Positions 9,466 to 20,170 are shown, counted from the stretch's first letter. The stretch: 64,000 nt of DNA from a virus (IMGVR_UViG_3300002026_000014:16724-80723), one strand, 5' to 3'. Numbers and translations are program-made. Notes: a model not told the origin generated them from the letters alone.

Positions 9466-11178
9466 TCAAACATATTGCCCGGTATTATCTATAAAATATA
9501 AAGGAATACCTGCTACTGCTAATTGCAAATCATTTGTCGATGTTCTAATAAAGAATTGTACGAACAAAGTAGAGTTATTTGTAAATGTTCCATCTAGTAA
9601 TAAATCTTTATTCCAACTACTCATTGGAAATTCTTTATAAGCACCATTCACAATTAATGAAAAATGTGTTGGCATTGGAGGAAGTTCATCATGATAACTA
9701 TCCAGTAAAGGAAGTGTCTTGTAATAAAGTTTCTCAAGCCAGACATCGAAAGTTGGTATAGCACTATCTATTCTTAACAACCAGTCATTTGTGTTTCTAA
9801 ATAATGCTTTAGCGTATACACCTAAACCGTATTTAGGTACTTGGTCAGGAGAGTAGCCTACGCACCAATTATCTAATCTTTCAGTACCTTGTTTATTTAA
9901 AACAATATCGATTGTTTGAACGTGTATGTAGTTCTTGTATGAAGCATCTGCGTTTCTGATATTCAAAGACACATTGAGCTTTTGTACAGTACCATATTTA
10001 ATTGGGTTAAAAGACCCGTAAATTGGATTAATGGTTACATACGGTGTTACGTTGTATCTAATATTTCTATTAAGATTATACATAAACCATTCTAACGCAT
10101 AACCGTTTACAGAATCTACCCAAACAGGGTAACCAAACAATTTAATATTGTAACTGCCATCAGCCATCAATGTATAAGCTTCGTATGTTTCAGATATATG
10201 TTTTTCACTACCGACAGTGGATACATAATTATACTCAGTGGGACCTAGTGAGTATTTTAATACCACTTTAATTTTCTGATCAGGTAAAGTAGCCACATAT
10301 TGGTCAAAACCGAATATTGAAAACTTACTACCATCTACCGGATATTCTACCACTTCACCGTTACTATAATTCACAACACCTATTAAGTTTAAGCCGTTGA
10401 GCGGTACGTTAATAGGGTAGGCTATGACTTTGTAATTGTTAGGACTAATGAATGGCGATTTAAGTGAGATACCAATAATGTATTTTGCTGCAGCATCTAC
10501 TGCTCTAATGAAAGATGTGTTCTCTACCAATAGCTGTCTTTTAGATACCACGAATCCAGCATCGTCATAGAAGACAGCAGTCACTAATTCACCGTCTAAA
10601 AGATCGACGTTGGTGTAGCATGGTGTCACAATTTTAATTGTCTTGTTATCTAGCAAATGATTAGCTGCAAGTTCTAATGGAATATTCTCACTTAAAAGAT
10701 TTCCACTTGAGTCATACATGCGGCTAATCACATTGCCACTGTCCGATAACAAAGCGCCTTTAAATATTTTAGCCCATCTACACATGGTGCCGGCCACCAT
10801 CAACCTATGGTCCACATCTAAGCGATAAGGTATGACAGATTTATCTATGTATACACGATAAGTGTCGCTTTGTGTTCCAGGTCCTACACCATACAAAATA
10901 TCATCGTTAGTGAGATTGTTAGTAGGGTTAACTACATCTTCTTCACGGAATTTAGGAATTAATGTTGTTAAACTAATGTCTTCCACAATGTATTTTGTTA
11001 TCTTGGTTCCAATAATCTCAAATACAACGTCATTTATTTTTGGAACATATTTATTTGAAGCTACATCACCTAAATATATTTCATCCATATTCCATATTTG
11101 CCAGCGTCTATCTGCGTTATAAATAGGCGATACATTATCCGTGCCGATAACTCCGCCTGTACTAATTGGATTTGGCAT
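9466..11178 (-). CDS. Virion structural protein, phiKZ gp26-like
   Basis: 570 aa, WQIWNMDEIY...YVPKINDVV; position in block upstream of sheath. Confidence 0.7.
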   Translation of the reverse strand: MPNPISTGGVIGTDNVSPIYNADRRWQIWNMDEIYLGDVASNKYVPKINDVVFEIIGTKITKYIVEDISLTTLIPKFREEDVVNPTNNLTNDDILYGVGPGTQSDTYRVYIDKSVIPYRLDVDHRLMVAGTMCRWAKIFKGALLSDSGNVISRMYDSSGNLLSENIPLELAANHLLDNKTIKIVTPCYTNVDLLDGELVTAVFYDDAGFVVSKRQLLVENTSFIRAVDAAAKYIIGISLKSPFISPNNYKVIAYPINVPLNGLNLIGVVNYSNGEVVEYPVDGSKFSIFGFDQYVATLPDQKIKVVLKYSLGPTEYNYVSTVGSEKHISETYEAYTLMADGSYNIKLFGYPVWVDSVNGYALEWFMYNLNRNIRYNVTPYVTINPIYGSFNPIKYGTVQKLNVSLNIRNADASYKNYIHVQTIDIVLNKQGTERLDNWCVGYSPDQVPKYGLGVYAKALFRNTNDWLLRIDSAIPTFDVWLEKLYYKTLPLLDSYHDELPPMPTHFSLIVNGAYKEFPMSSWNKDLLLDGTFTNNSTLFVQFFIRTSTNDLQLAVAGIPLYFIDNTGQYV

Positions 11179-11193
11179 ATTTTTTCCTTAATT

Positions 11194-13764
11194 TTAAACA
11201 ATTAATACGCTAGCAGATAAATCAATTAAATCTCTGCAATATAGTTTTACAACTCTATTTAGAAAAACATATTGTTGTGCATTTATGCTAACTGTATCAT
11301 TTAAATGATGAGGGTGAATTCTTATAAAGTCACGATTAGATTCATTATCAACATAAGTGGGATCTAATTTAATTAATGATAAATAAGGAGCAATTAAAGT
11401 TCTTAATTGATCGTCATTATATTGTGTTTGAAATAACGGACTATCTAAAATACCATGTTTTAAATCAAATAATATCTTACATATAAAAGGACTAAATACG
11501 TTATGATAATCTAATATTGGATTTAATGTTACAGGTTCAACTTCTGGTATTTTAATAGTCAAATAATCAGAAATCTTTTTGTCAACATCTATTGATAATT
11601 TCTTATAGTCGTAAACATCTCTTTTAACAATACTTTTAATGGGTGCTATCGTATCTTTGATGAGATACGGGTAACCGTTCATTTTATCAAATAAATTAAA
11701 ATTGGGATTATTTTCGTTAAATTGTAATTCTTCTCTTAAGTAGATACTACCTTTGATAAAAATACTAATGACTTTATCATCTCTGATATTGTAAATTTTA
11801 TTATTTGAAACTACATCGTTTCTTATGAAACCAAATTCATAAGGTTTAGTTTTATTTAATTGTTTATCACACAATCCGGAAAATCTAATTACTACTTCTT
11901 GATCTTTGGTGATAGGATCACCTTTGAAATAATCTTTAGTAGTGATTACTACTCTTGGAAAATCTAAGTAGTAATCTAAATTTTCTATTAAATAATGTCC
12001 GTTTAGGAAAATGTCTAACTCACCCATTGGGATTTGCATTTTACTACTGACATATTCATTGTTTACTTGTTCTACTGTATTTATATTAAATTCAAATAAC
12101 CCATCGGTTACCATTGTCTTAAATGTATACAAGTAAAACTTTTTGTTACTTCTGATCATTGTCTCATTTGTATTACCAATTGCCCATACAGCAGTAGGGC
12201 CCTGTATTGAAGGATAGATTGTGTAAAATGAAGTACCAGTGACGTCCATCCAGGTTAATGTGCTTGTATTTGATGCAGCCTGTTTTACATAAAAACGATA
12301 ATCGTAGTTTGGGTTAATAACGACACGTGCTTTGTTATGATATTCATCTATCATCGATGCGCCGACACCGTGAAAAAACTCCACGTATTTGCATTTTATC
12401 GAAACACAATTATAGAGCTCATCACCTGTGTGGATATAGTAACCTAATAATAAACCGTTCTCATCATACTCAAACGCAGTACTGTCATACTCATAAAAGA
12501 AAGGCACTTGAGCAATCAATTGCCCACTAAACATAAATGTTTTTACAGGTGAATCTACTATTAACTTACTAACTGCATTATACCCATAAGCATCAGTAAT
12601 TAAACCGGTGGTTACATTAACATATTTCTCACCCATTAATTTCACATAGGGTGAATTTTCTAAAATTGGTGCTCTCCAATTATCTACCGTAGAATCTAAA
12701 CCTAACATTGCTCTATTAACATCGTTATCAGTTAACTTATAGAGTTCTTTAATTCTATTGTGTTCATTTACAAAATTACGTAAATAGCCAGCATTTCTTA
12801 TATGCAGTCTAATGTAAGATTCCGATTTACTTAAAATGGTAGGGTGATTTTCTATATAACTAACTACATGGCTCACTGGAATAGAATAATCTTTATGAGT
12901 TACCATTCTAAATGAATCATCTGTGTTTTTATGATATCTCACACCTTTTTGTTTTACAGAATCTATTACAAATAAATCAATATCGTCTCTATAGTCAATA
13001 GTTGTACCCATTCCTATATCGGTATAATGTAGAAGATATTTGCCTTTGGTATCTAAAACCGAATCAAATGTAGATAATGTATTGATTCTAAAATCAACTA
13101 TTAATTTAATAGATGAATCAAATACATATTCAACTGAATCACCTACTTTAACAACTGTTGGGTCTAAAGATTTAACTTTAAAACCATTGCAGTAAGCATA
13201 TACTCCACCTGTCTCCAGTGACCGGGCAATGAAATTATCATTGATGTTATATATGTCATCCATAGAAGTTATTGTTTTGCCTTCTACGAATATAGTATTA
13301 TTTACACTACTTTGAGCTATTTTGTTAAAGTATGCATTTTTATATAATCTGATATAAACATCTTGCGTCACTGGTGAAAATGGTATATTCTTATTTTCAC
13401 TTACAGCTATTAAAACATTTCTTTCTTCAGTGATTATATAATAAGTTTCAGTTCTAAGTAATTCGATACCATTATTTAAATATATATCACATATAACACT
13501 ATTAAGAATACATACATCCGATAATAAAACCCATGATTCTAATTTAGGAAATAAATTAACTAATAATGGATGCACTTGTCCAATTTGATATAAGTGATAT
13601 TTTTGATTCTTTTTAGGTAATGTAAAATGATTCCACATTAATGTCCAACTATTAAATACACCGAAGTTTGGTGAAATTCTAGTTGGTTTTAAAATGATTT
13701 GATTGTCTTGTTCTGGGCTACACCATACATTTTTTAATGCATGGTCTAATAGAAAATCAGTCAT
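11194..13764 (-). CDS. Virion structural protein, phiKZ gp27-like
   Basis: N-terminal FLLDHALKNVWCSPEQDNQ motif, 856 aa, gene order. Confidence 0.75.
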   Translation of the reverse strand: MTDFLLDHALKNVWCSPEQDNQIILKPTRISPNFGVFNSWTLMWNHFTLPKKNQKYHLYQIGQVHPLLVNLFPKLESWVLLSDVCILNSVICDIYLNNGIELLRTETYYIITEERNVLIAVSENKNIPFSPVTQDVYIRLYKNAYFNKIAQSSVNNTIFVEGKTITSMDDIYNINDNFIARSLETGGVYAYCNGFKVKSLDPTVVKVGDSVEYVFDSSIKLIVDFRINTLSTFDSVLDTKGKYLLHYTDIGMGTTIDYRDDIDLFVIDSVKQKGVRYHKNTDDSFRMVTHKDYSIPVSHVVSYIENHPTILSKSESYIRLHIRNAGYLRNFVNEHNRIKELYKLTDNDVNRAMLGLDSTVDNWRAPILENSPYVKLMGEKYVNVTTGLITDAYGYNAVSKLIVDSPVKTFMFSGQLIAQVPFFYEYDSTAFEYDENGLLLGYYIHTGDELYNCVSIKCKYVEFFHGVGASMIDEYHNKARVVINPNYDYRFYVKQAASNTSTLTWMDVTGTSFYTIYPSIQGPTAVWAIGNTNETMIRSNKKFYLYTFKTMVTDGLFEFNINTVEQVNNEYVSSKMQIPMGELDIFLNGHYLIENLDYYLDFPRVVITTKDYFKGDPITKDQEVVIRFSGLCDKQLNKTKPYEFGFIRNDVVSNNKIYNIRDDKVISIFIKGSIYLREELQFNENNPNFNLFDKMNGYPYLIKDTIAPIKSIVKRDVYDYKKLSIDVDKKISDYLTIKIPEVEPVTLNPILDYHNVFSPFICKILFDLKHGILDSPLFQTQYNDDQLRTLIAPYLSLIKLDPTYVDNESNRDFIRIHPHHLNDTVSINAQQYVFLNRVVKLYCRDLIDLSASVLIV

Positions 13765-13785
13765 TACGACCCTTTCAAAAATTAT

Positions 13786-14745
13786 TTATTCATTATTTAT
13801 ATTTTTAAATAACAAATCTTTATCTAAAATGGAATCGATTGATTTTATAAAATTATCACCTATTCCACCTTTTGCAAATCTCTCCACTAATTTAGCCAGC
13901 ACTGATCTTTTAAAAGTGGCCTCATTCAATGACGCGTAACAAATCATAAGCCATGTAGGTATGTGTTCTAAACCGACTGCTAAATTTTCACGTGCATTGT
14001 TACCGAACCAATTACCACTAACTACTGCTAAAAGCACACCGACATTAAAATCTTCTAGTCTGATGCTTTTTGTTTTCATTTTGAAAGCTTCACACATTTC
14101 ATCTAATGAATTCAGAACTTTCATATCTTCAATGATATCAAACACTTTTGTGGCTGGTATTTTAGTAGCACGAGATATATTTGCAGAGATTTTATTTAGA
14201 TCGCTTTCATTAAAATCTTTATCATCAGTAAATAAACAATAATAATAAAAACATGAAACAACTGCAATGATAATTTGCTCACCGGTATCTAAGGCATACT
14301 TTCTGGAAACACATTCACTTATTAACGCAGCATACGCTGACGCAGGTAACAAGGAGACGTCTCTTAAAATCTCGATTCTCTCATTTACCCACATATAGTT
14401 TAGAGCGGCGCGCATTATATTCCAACTATATTCTGGATCATTGCGTACCATGAATTTTGATTGAGGAGCGTACCATTTACCAAAATTACGTACATCTACT
14501 AAAACACTTAAAGGCTCTTCAGTGTTGTTAAAAACAATGGGATGATTAAAATAAGGAATGACATCTGCAGTAGAGTTTCCACCTTCAACCAGATTTAATA
14601 TGAAAGCAGAATCATAATTAGTCAGCTTAACATTCACTGATCTTAAAGAACTATTTAACATAGCTACTTTTAATTTATCAGTTGTTTCCTTAATCCTATA
14701 GCCCGAGCATGCTGTAGCATCGTAAGCTGTTTTAAATATTGACAT
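13786..14745 (-). CDS. Conserved protein, phiKZ gp28-like
   Basis: MSIFKTAYDATACSGY start, YFNHP, VDVRNF, AVGLEHIPTW motifs; divergent from sheath. Confidence 0.7.
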   Translation of the reverse strand: MSIFKTAYDATACSGYRIKETTDKLKVAMLNSSLRSVNVKLTNYDSAFILNLVEGGNSTADVIPYFNHPIVFNNTEEPLSVLVDVRNFGKWYAPQSKFMVRNDPEYSWNIMRAALNYMWVNERIEILRDVSLLPASAYAALISECVSRKYALDTGEQIIIAVVSCFYYYCLFTDDKDFNESDLNKISANISRATKIPATKVFDIIEDMKVLNSLDEMCEAFKMKTKSIRLEDFNVGVLLAVVSGNWFGNNARENLAVGLEHIPTWLMICYASLNEATFKRSVLAKLVERFAKGGIGDNFIKSIDSILDKDLLFKNINNE

Positions 14746-14943
14746 TTTTTACTCCATTTAAATTAAATTTTCTGACTTAATGAATATAATGGCACAATTG
14801 TATGCCACATGTATAACAGTTCAAATATGATATTTTGCACTTAGGAGTCAGCACATGAAACGCCTTATTTTAAATCTAATTTAATAGATTAAAAATATTT
14901 TTAATAAAACCCCTAGATTACCATTTTTAAGGATTGATTTAAT

Positions 14944-17136
14944 ATGTCACAAAATACTATCGTCAATGCAGCGCCTATGACAATTTTGAGAGGTACTCAA
15001 GACCTTTCAATCCGTACGCCACTCATTGAACCAGATGTACTTCCAACGCACTTACCTAAAGTGTATATCTACGCGCAAAAAGGCCCTACATCACCTCAAT
15101 TGGTGGTAGGTAATTCGCGTAACCAAATGTATGGTGACGACACTTTTGATATGCGCAAACCTTTTGCAACGCATCAAACCCAGTTATCAAATGTAATTAA
15201 TGCAAAAGGTAACGCTCAAATGATTGAGCGTATTCTACCAGATGATGTTTATTTTAAATCTAATTTACTATTGTCTTTAGATGTGCTCAACACGATGGTG
15301 CCTGTTTATACTAGAAATACAGACGGCACTTACATGTTAGATGTTGATGGTTTGAAGATTCCATCAGGCGCTACTGTTCCAGGTTACATTTGTAAATGGG
15401 TGGTCACCACTCCAGAATACAATGATTATAACTCTAATGTTGCGTCACCTGCATTCGCATCAGTCAATACTAAGATTGGCACTCAAGTGGGTGTGGATCC
15501 AGTAACTTCATTAGCAAATACATCTTTACTGTATCCAATTATTCGTTTAGAAGCATCGTCTTTCGGTTCTTACTTTAACAATACTGGTATTCGTCTGTGG
15601 GCACCAAATTCAGACACAGGTATCAACACCACTGTAATGTCATCATTAGGTGTGTATCCGTTTAGAATTGCAGTGATTCGTCGCACTAGTGCTACAAACA
15701 CGCCTACAATCGTTCCTACTGAGTATAATGAAGGTTCTGTTGACTTTACTTTCAAACCTGGCCAGATTAATCCAGCCACAGATGCAGCATATTCATTAGG
15801 CGATATATTCTTAGACCGTTATCAAAATCTGAAAGATACGCGTTTCCCTATTAAGTTAGGTGATTTTGGCCGTATGCATATCTTCCAAAATAACATCGAT
15901 CTAATAACAAAACAGTTCTATGATGCTGAAATGGCATTTGGTCAGAATCTAACAGATTTAGCTGCAACAAACACAAACAGTTCACTGTTTAACTTTATCA
16001 ATGGTAAGAATTCAGATGGTGTACCTTATCATTCTTATGTAATGAATAGTGGTGGCGTGAATTTAACTGAAAATACTAATCTGTTTGCAGGTTTAGGATT
16101 TGACGGAACAATGTACGAAGCTCCTGTAACTGGTGCAGCATTAGTTGCATTGAAGAACACAATTGCTACATCTGGTTCACCATGGACCGATCCAGTTAAC
16201 ATGCCTCCATGTTTTGCTGATTTAGTAGCTGACAGAGTTCTGCAGTACGGAGATCCTAACAGCATGTTTATGGATACTGCTACTTATCCAGAATCTATCA
16301 TTTACGATTCAGGTTTTCCTTTGAAGACTAAATATGCATTATGCAAATTTATTTCAGAAAGAAAAGACACAGCAGTAGTGTTATCTACTTACGATGTTAA
16401 CGGTGCGCCTATGACAGCGTCTGAGGAACACTCTGTAGCTGTAGCACTTCGCACACGTTTACAAATGTATCCTGAAAGCGACTACTTTGGTACATCCACA
16501 ATGCGTGGCATGATCATTGGTCGCTACGGTGAAATGCGCAATAGTCAATACATTAAGAAATTACCTTTGACACTTGAAATTGCATCTAAGGCATCAGCAA
16601 TGATGGGTGCAGGCGATGGTATCTGGAAAACAGAAATGTTGTTTGATCGTGCACCTAACAGTGAAGTCGATATGTTTGACAACGTGAATGTAACATTCAC
16701 ACCTGCTTCTGTTCGTAACAAAGACTGGGAAGTTGGTCTTAACTGGGTTCAATCATTCTCAAGGAAGAATCTATTCTTCCCTGCTTTGAAAACCGTTTAC
16801 GACAATGATACATCAGTACTGAATAGTTTCTTTACAATGATGGCATGTGTGGAATTACAAAAGGTTGGCGAGCAAGCATGGAGACAATTCTCTGGCAGTG
16901 TGGCTCTTACCAATGGACAACTAATGGATAGAGTCAACACGTTCGTTGAACAACGTACTATTGGTCGTTTTGCTGGAATGTACAAGATTGTACCTGCTGC
17001 TTACATGACAGATGCAGATTTGATGCGTGGTTTCTCTTGGACGTTACCAATTAAGATTTACGCAAACAATATGAAGACAGTCATGACTCTACAGGTCCAA
17101 GCTTACAGAATGACCGATTACACTGAAGTTGTTTAA
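14944..17136 (+). CDS. Tail sheath protein (phiKZ gp29-like)
   Basis: NAAPMTILRGTQDLS, HLPKVYIYAQKGP, YDSGFPLKTK, RTRLQMYPESDYFGT, IKIYANNMKTVM motifs. Confidence 0.9.
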   Translation: MSQNTIVNAAPMTILRGTQDLSIRTPLIEPDVLPTHLPKVYIYAQKGPTSPQLVVGNSRNQMYGDDTFDMRKPFATHQTQLSNVINAKGNAQMIERILPDDVYFKSNLLLSLDVLNTMVPVYTRNTDGTYMLDVDGLKIPSGATVPGYICKWVVTTPEYNDYNSNVASPAFASVNTKIGTQVGVDPVTSLANTSLLYPIIRLEASSFGSYFNNTGIRLWAPNSDTGINTTVMSSLGVYPFRIAVIRRTSATNTPTIVPTEYNEGSVDFTFKPGQINPATDAAYSLGDIFLDRYQNLKDTRFPIKLGDFGRMHIFQNNIDLITKQFYDAEMAFGQNLTDLAATNTNSSLFNFINGKNSDGVPYHSYVMNSGGVNLTENTNLFAGLGFDGTMYEAPVTGAALVALKNTIATSGSPWTDPVNMPPCFADLVADRVLQYGDPNSMFMDTATYPESIIYDSGFPLKTKYALCKFISERKDTAVVLSTYDVNGAPMTASEEHSVAVALRTRLQMYPESDYFGTSTMRGMIIGRYGEMRNSQYIKKLPLTLEIASKASAMMGAGDGIWKTEMLFDRAPNSEVDMFDNVNVTFTPASVRNKDWEVGLNWVQSFSRKNLFFPALKTVYDNDTSVLNSFFTMMACVELQKVGEQAWRQFSGSVALTNGQLMDRVNTFVEQRTIGRFAGMYKIVPAAYMTDADLMRGFSWTLPIKIYANNMKTVMTLQVQAYRMTDYTEVV

Positions 17137-17156
17137 ATAAAATTAAACTAAACAGA

Positions 17157-17188
17157 TATACGTGCACTTAAATTTAAGTGCACGTATA
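17157..17188. terminator. Perfect 32-bp palindrome between sheath and tube
   Basis: TATACGTGCACTTAAA|TTTAAGTGCACGTATA. Confidence 0.6.
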
Positions 17189-17217
17189 AAACCATTTTAT
17201 AGAAAAGAGAATTAATT

Positions 17218-18087
17218 ATGTCTAGACTTGCTGAAGCAATTTTATCAGGTGCTTACTCGAAAGGTCGAGCACCTATGACTGACCTGCAATATGGTGGTCA
17301 AAATGGTTATGCGCCTAATTTAGCAGAATGGGTGAGTAACACGCATTATGTTCGTCGTAACTTAGTGTGCATTCTTATCGAAGCACCAAAAGGTTTTCAG
17401 TTACTAAAAGAACCTAATTTCTGGGTTAATGCACTGAAAGCTATGGTTGAAGTTCATGCAAAATCTATTGATGGTTTTGCACAAGGCTTGGAAGTTGAAG
17501 TTCAAGAAACTGCAGTTTCTGGTGGTGGCGAGATGATGCAAGATTATTCGAACATTACACGTGCTCGCACTAATCCTTCATTTGCGTTTGTGGACATGTA
17601 TGGTCGTCCAATTCAGAACTTCTTACATGACTGGATTATCAATTTGATTGGTGACCCTGATAGTAAGATCCCTGCAATCAGTACAATGGAAGGCGTTAAG
17701 CCTAAGGATCTATTAGCTGATATGTATTCTGCTACAATGTTATTCTTCGAACCAGATCCAACACATACTAAAGTAGCTAAAGCATGGCTCACTACTAACA
17801 TGTATCCAAAGGGCACTGGCGAGATCACTGGTAAGCGTGATTTGACAGTTGCAGGCGAACTATCTGAACTCACAGTTGAGTTTACTGGTTTATCACAAAG
17901 TGGTTTAGGTGTTATTAGTTTTGCCCAGGCACTACTTGATAAGATCAACATCACTAACGCTAATCCGTTTGCACGTACAGCATTTGTTCAGAAAATTGAT
18001 TCCGACGTGGCTAACACTGGCGTTAAAGAATCTTCTGGCTACAAAGAAGGCGCTGAAACTCTAGGTAAACAAGCTCTTAGAGTTTAA
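17218..18087 (+). CDS. Tail tube protein (phiKZ gp30-like)
   Basis: DLQYGGQNG, YVRRNLVCILIEAPKGF, LFFEPDPT, AWLTTNMYP motifs; follows sheath. Confidence 0.88.
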   Translation: MSRLAEAILSGAYSKGRAPMTDLQYGGQNGYAPNLAEWVSNTHYVRRNLVCILIEAPKGFQLLKEPNFWVNALKAMVEVHAKSIDGFAQGLEVEVQETAVSGGGEMMQDYSNITRARTNPSFAFVDMYGRPIQNFLHDWIINLIGDPDSKIPAISTMEGVKPKDLLADMYSATMLFFEPDPTHTKVAKAWLTTNMYPKGTGEITGKRDLTVAGELSELTVEFTGLSQSGLGVISFAQALLDKINITNANPFARTAFVQKIDSDVANTGVKESSGYKEGAETLGKQALRV

Positions 18088-18100
18088 TAAAAACTAAACA

Positions 18101-18138
18101 AATATTAGCCTCTACTTGGAAAAGTAGAGGCTAATATT
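18101..18138. terminator. Terminator after tail tube
   Basis: AATATTAGCCTCTACTT-ggaa-AAGTAGAGGCTAATATT. Confidence 0.75.
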
Positions 18139-18165
18139 CTGTAATTTTATTATTAGGAGATTATC

Positions 18166-19128
18166 ATAGATAAAACTATATTTGTCAGTGTGGCATCTTA
18201 CAATGACCCATTACTGTTTTTTACAATTAATGAAATTATAACTAAAGCAAGAAACCCTGGAAATATTATTGTTGCAGTTATAGATCAAAACTATCACGAT
18301 CAAAGAAGTAAAATAAACAAGTTAGAGTATTCTAAACAAATACGCTACATGTATGTAAACCTCATAGATACTTTAGGTGTTAGTTGGGCTAGAAATTTAG
18401 CATTTTCATTATACGATGACGAAACTTATTTTTTACAAATAGATGCACATACTGCATTTGATTCAGATTGGGACATTGAATTAATCAACCAACATACCGA
18501 ATTATTAGAGTTATCTAAAAAACCAATAATTTCCAGTTTTCCAAATGATTTTGATATTATAAATGGCGAACCTGTTTGTAAAAGAGATTTAAGTAGAAGT
18601 GTTGCTATAGTAACTAGACCTATACCTGAACAAAAATTAAAAATAAATAATCCAATTCTTTTAATTAGCGGTCAATTGGTTCGCTCTAAAACTTCTAAAT
18701 TAGCCTGTCATATAGCTGGTGGATTTGTTTTTTGCAGTGGAAAATATATAGAAGAATTACCGTACGATCCATACATGTATTTTTCAGGTGAAGAACAAAG
18801 CATTGCTGCTAGAGCTTACACACATGGCTGGGATATATACCACACTGTTTATACACCGATTTATCATAAATACAAAGTCAATAGTGCTAAATATTCAAGT
18901 CAACATTGGTATGGCGATTTTAAAGACAATAGATCAATTACATATGAGAGATTATTATCGAGGTCTAGAAAAAGATTAACTAGATTGTTATATGGTGACG
19001 GAATGCCCGACAGTGTATATGGTTTAGGTAAAGTCCGTACACTGGAAGATTTTGCATCAATGTGCGGAATTAACTATAAAAAAAGAACAATTACTGGCGT
19101 GTTCATAGGTGACCACATGGGTTTATGA
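18166..19128 (+). CDS. Glycosyltransferase, GlcNAc-transferase (Skp1 hydroxyproline Gnt1-like) family
   Basis: IFVSVASYNDP, YFLQIDAH (DxH), AGGFVF, PYDPYMYFSGEE, AARAYTHGWDIY; ORF track starts at GTG 18190 but the motif extends upstream. Confidence 0.8.
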   Translation: MDKTIFVSVASYNDPLLFFTINEIITKARNPGNIIVAVIDQNYHDQRSKINKLEYSKQIRYMYVNLIDTLGVSWARNLAFSLYDDETYFLQIDAHTAFDSDWDIELINQHTELLELSKKPIISSFPNDFDIINGEPVCKRDLSRSVAIVTRPIPEQKLKINNPILLISGQLVRSKTSKLACHIAGGFVFCSGKYIEELPYDPYMYFSGEEQSIAARAYTHGWDIYHTVYTPIYHKYKVNSAKYSSQHWYGDFKDNRSITYERLLSRSRKRLTRLLYGDGMPDSVYGLGKVRTLEDFASMCGINYKKRTITGVFIGDHMGL

Positions 19129-19188
19129 TATGATTATATTAGTAAGATAATATAACAAATCTACATCAACCTTTTAACATATCTCATC

Positions 19189-19566
19189 ATGACTAACATC
19201 TGCTATCATTTAGCACCAAATTTCCACTGCGCTCTAGAGAACATAGTGGAAAATAACATACTTGATAAAATAATAGTTAAAGTCTCCAACGCTTGTGTTA
19301 CTCTTTATTATGCTATTAAGACAGAAATAAAAGATGCTCATCGAAGAGTTATGAAAAAGAATCATACTGAGACACTAGTTAGCAATGTAGTAAATGATAT
19401 AACTTTTGTTACCGCTACTTTTGGGTTTGATCATGCTTTGATTTTCATGCATTCAGTTTTTAGTAAAATTAATTGTTTTACATTAGAGGTTAGTAAAAGT
19501 ATGAATTTTTATGAAGTCATTAATACATTATTGGATAGTACATCACAAAAAAATGTAAGCGCATAA
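19189..19566 (+). CDS. Hypothetical protein
   Basis: 125-aa ORF filling the gap before a terminator. Confidence 0.55.
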   Translation: MTNICYHLAPNFHCALENIVENNILDKIIVKVSNACVTLYYAIKTEIKDAHRRVMKKNHTETLVSNVVNDITFVTATFGFDHALIFMHSVFSKINCFTLEVSKSMNFYEVINTLLDSTSQKNVSA

Positions 19567-19567
19567 A

Positions 19568-19611
19568 TGTATTAGTACCGTAGACCAATTAAGGTTTACG
19601 GTACTAATACA
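19568..19611. terminator. Bidirectional terminator-like hairpin
   Basis: TGTATTAGTACCGTAGACC-aattaa-GGTTTACGGTACTAATACA between convergent genes. Confidence 0.75.
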
Positions 19612-19628
19612 CTATTATGCTGTAATTA

Positions 19629-20093
19629 TTATTTACAAAGCGCTTCTAGGGCCATAGATGAAATTTTATCACGCATGGCACTCATCTCACCACGATTAGT
19701 TTTGGCGGCTTGTGTGACCAATTGCGCCTCTACTTGACCCCATTTTACAACAGGTGTAGTCTCGTCCTGGGGATTACGATAAGTACGTGAACGGTTAATG
19801 GTAACATCGAAATGATCTTTACCAATCATCGGGATTTCAAATGTAACTTGATCGAGTCCTTTATCTTTCTTCATTGCCTCTACTGCAACTACACTTGCAG
19901 CGTGCATCGCGGCTGGATAGAATAATTTATTATGGTTACTAAACTCTTCACCTAGCTCCACAGAAAGATTACCTTCAAGAGTTTTTGTATAAACATCTTT
20001 ATTCACGTCTGGTTTTCCTTCAGAGTCAACTTTGAAGTCACTCACCAGTTTATCAGAAAGAGCCAATACGTCATCGTGTTTTTCAGTAGCCAT
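19629..20093 (-). CDS. Hypothetical protein
   Basis: 154 aa, AAAGGAAAATAAAA before ATG. Confidence 0.75.
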   Translation of the reverse strand: MATEKHDDVLALSDKLVSDFKVDSEGKPDVNKDVYTKTLEGNLSVELGEEFSNHNKLFYPAAMHAASVVAVEAMKKDKGLDQVTFEIPMIGKDHFDVTINRSRTYRNPQDETTPVVKWGQVEAQLVTQAAKTNRGEMSAMRDKISSMALEALCK

Positions 20094-20170
20094 TTTTATT
20101 TCCTTTTAAATCGATTAGAGAAGTTTAACCTAATGGAGAACAACTGCTTAGGTCAGTACAGTATGAGAAA

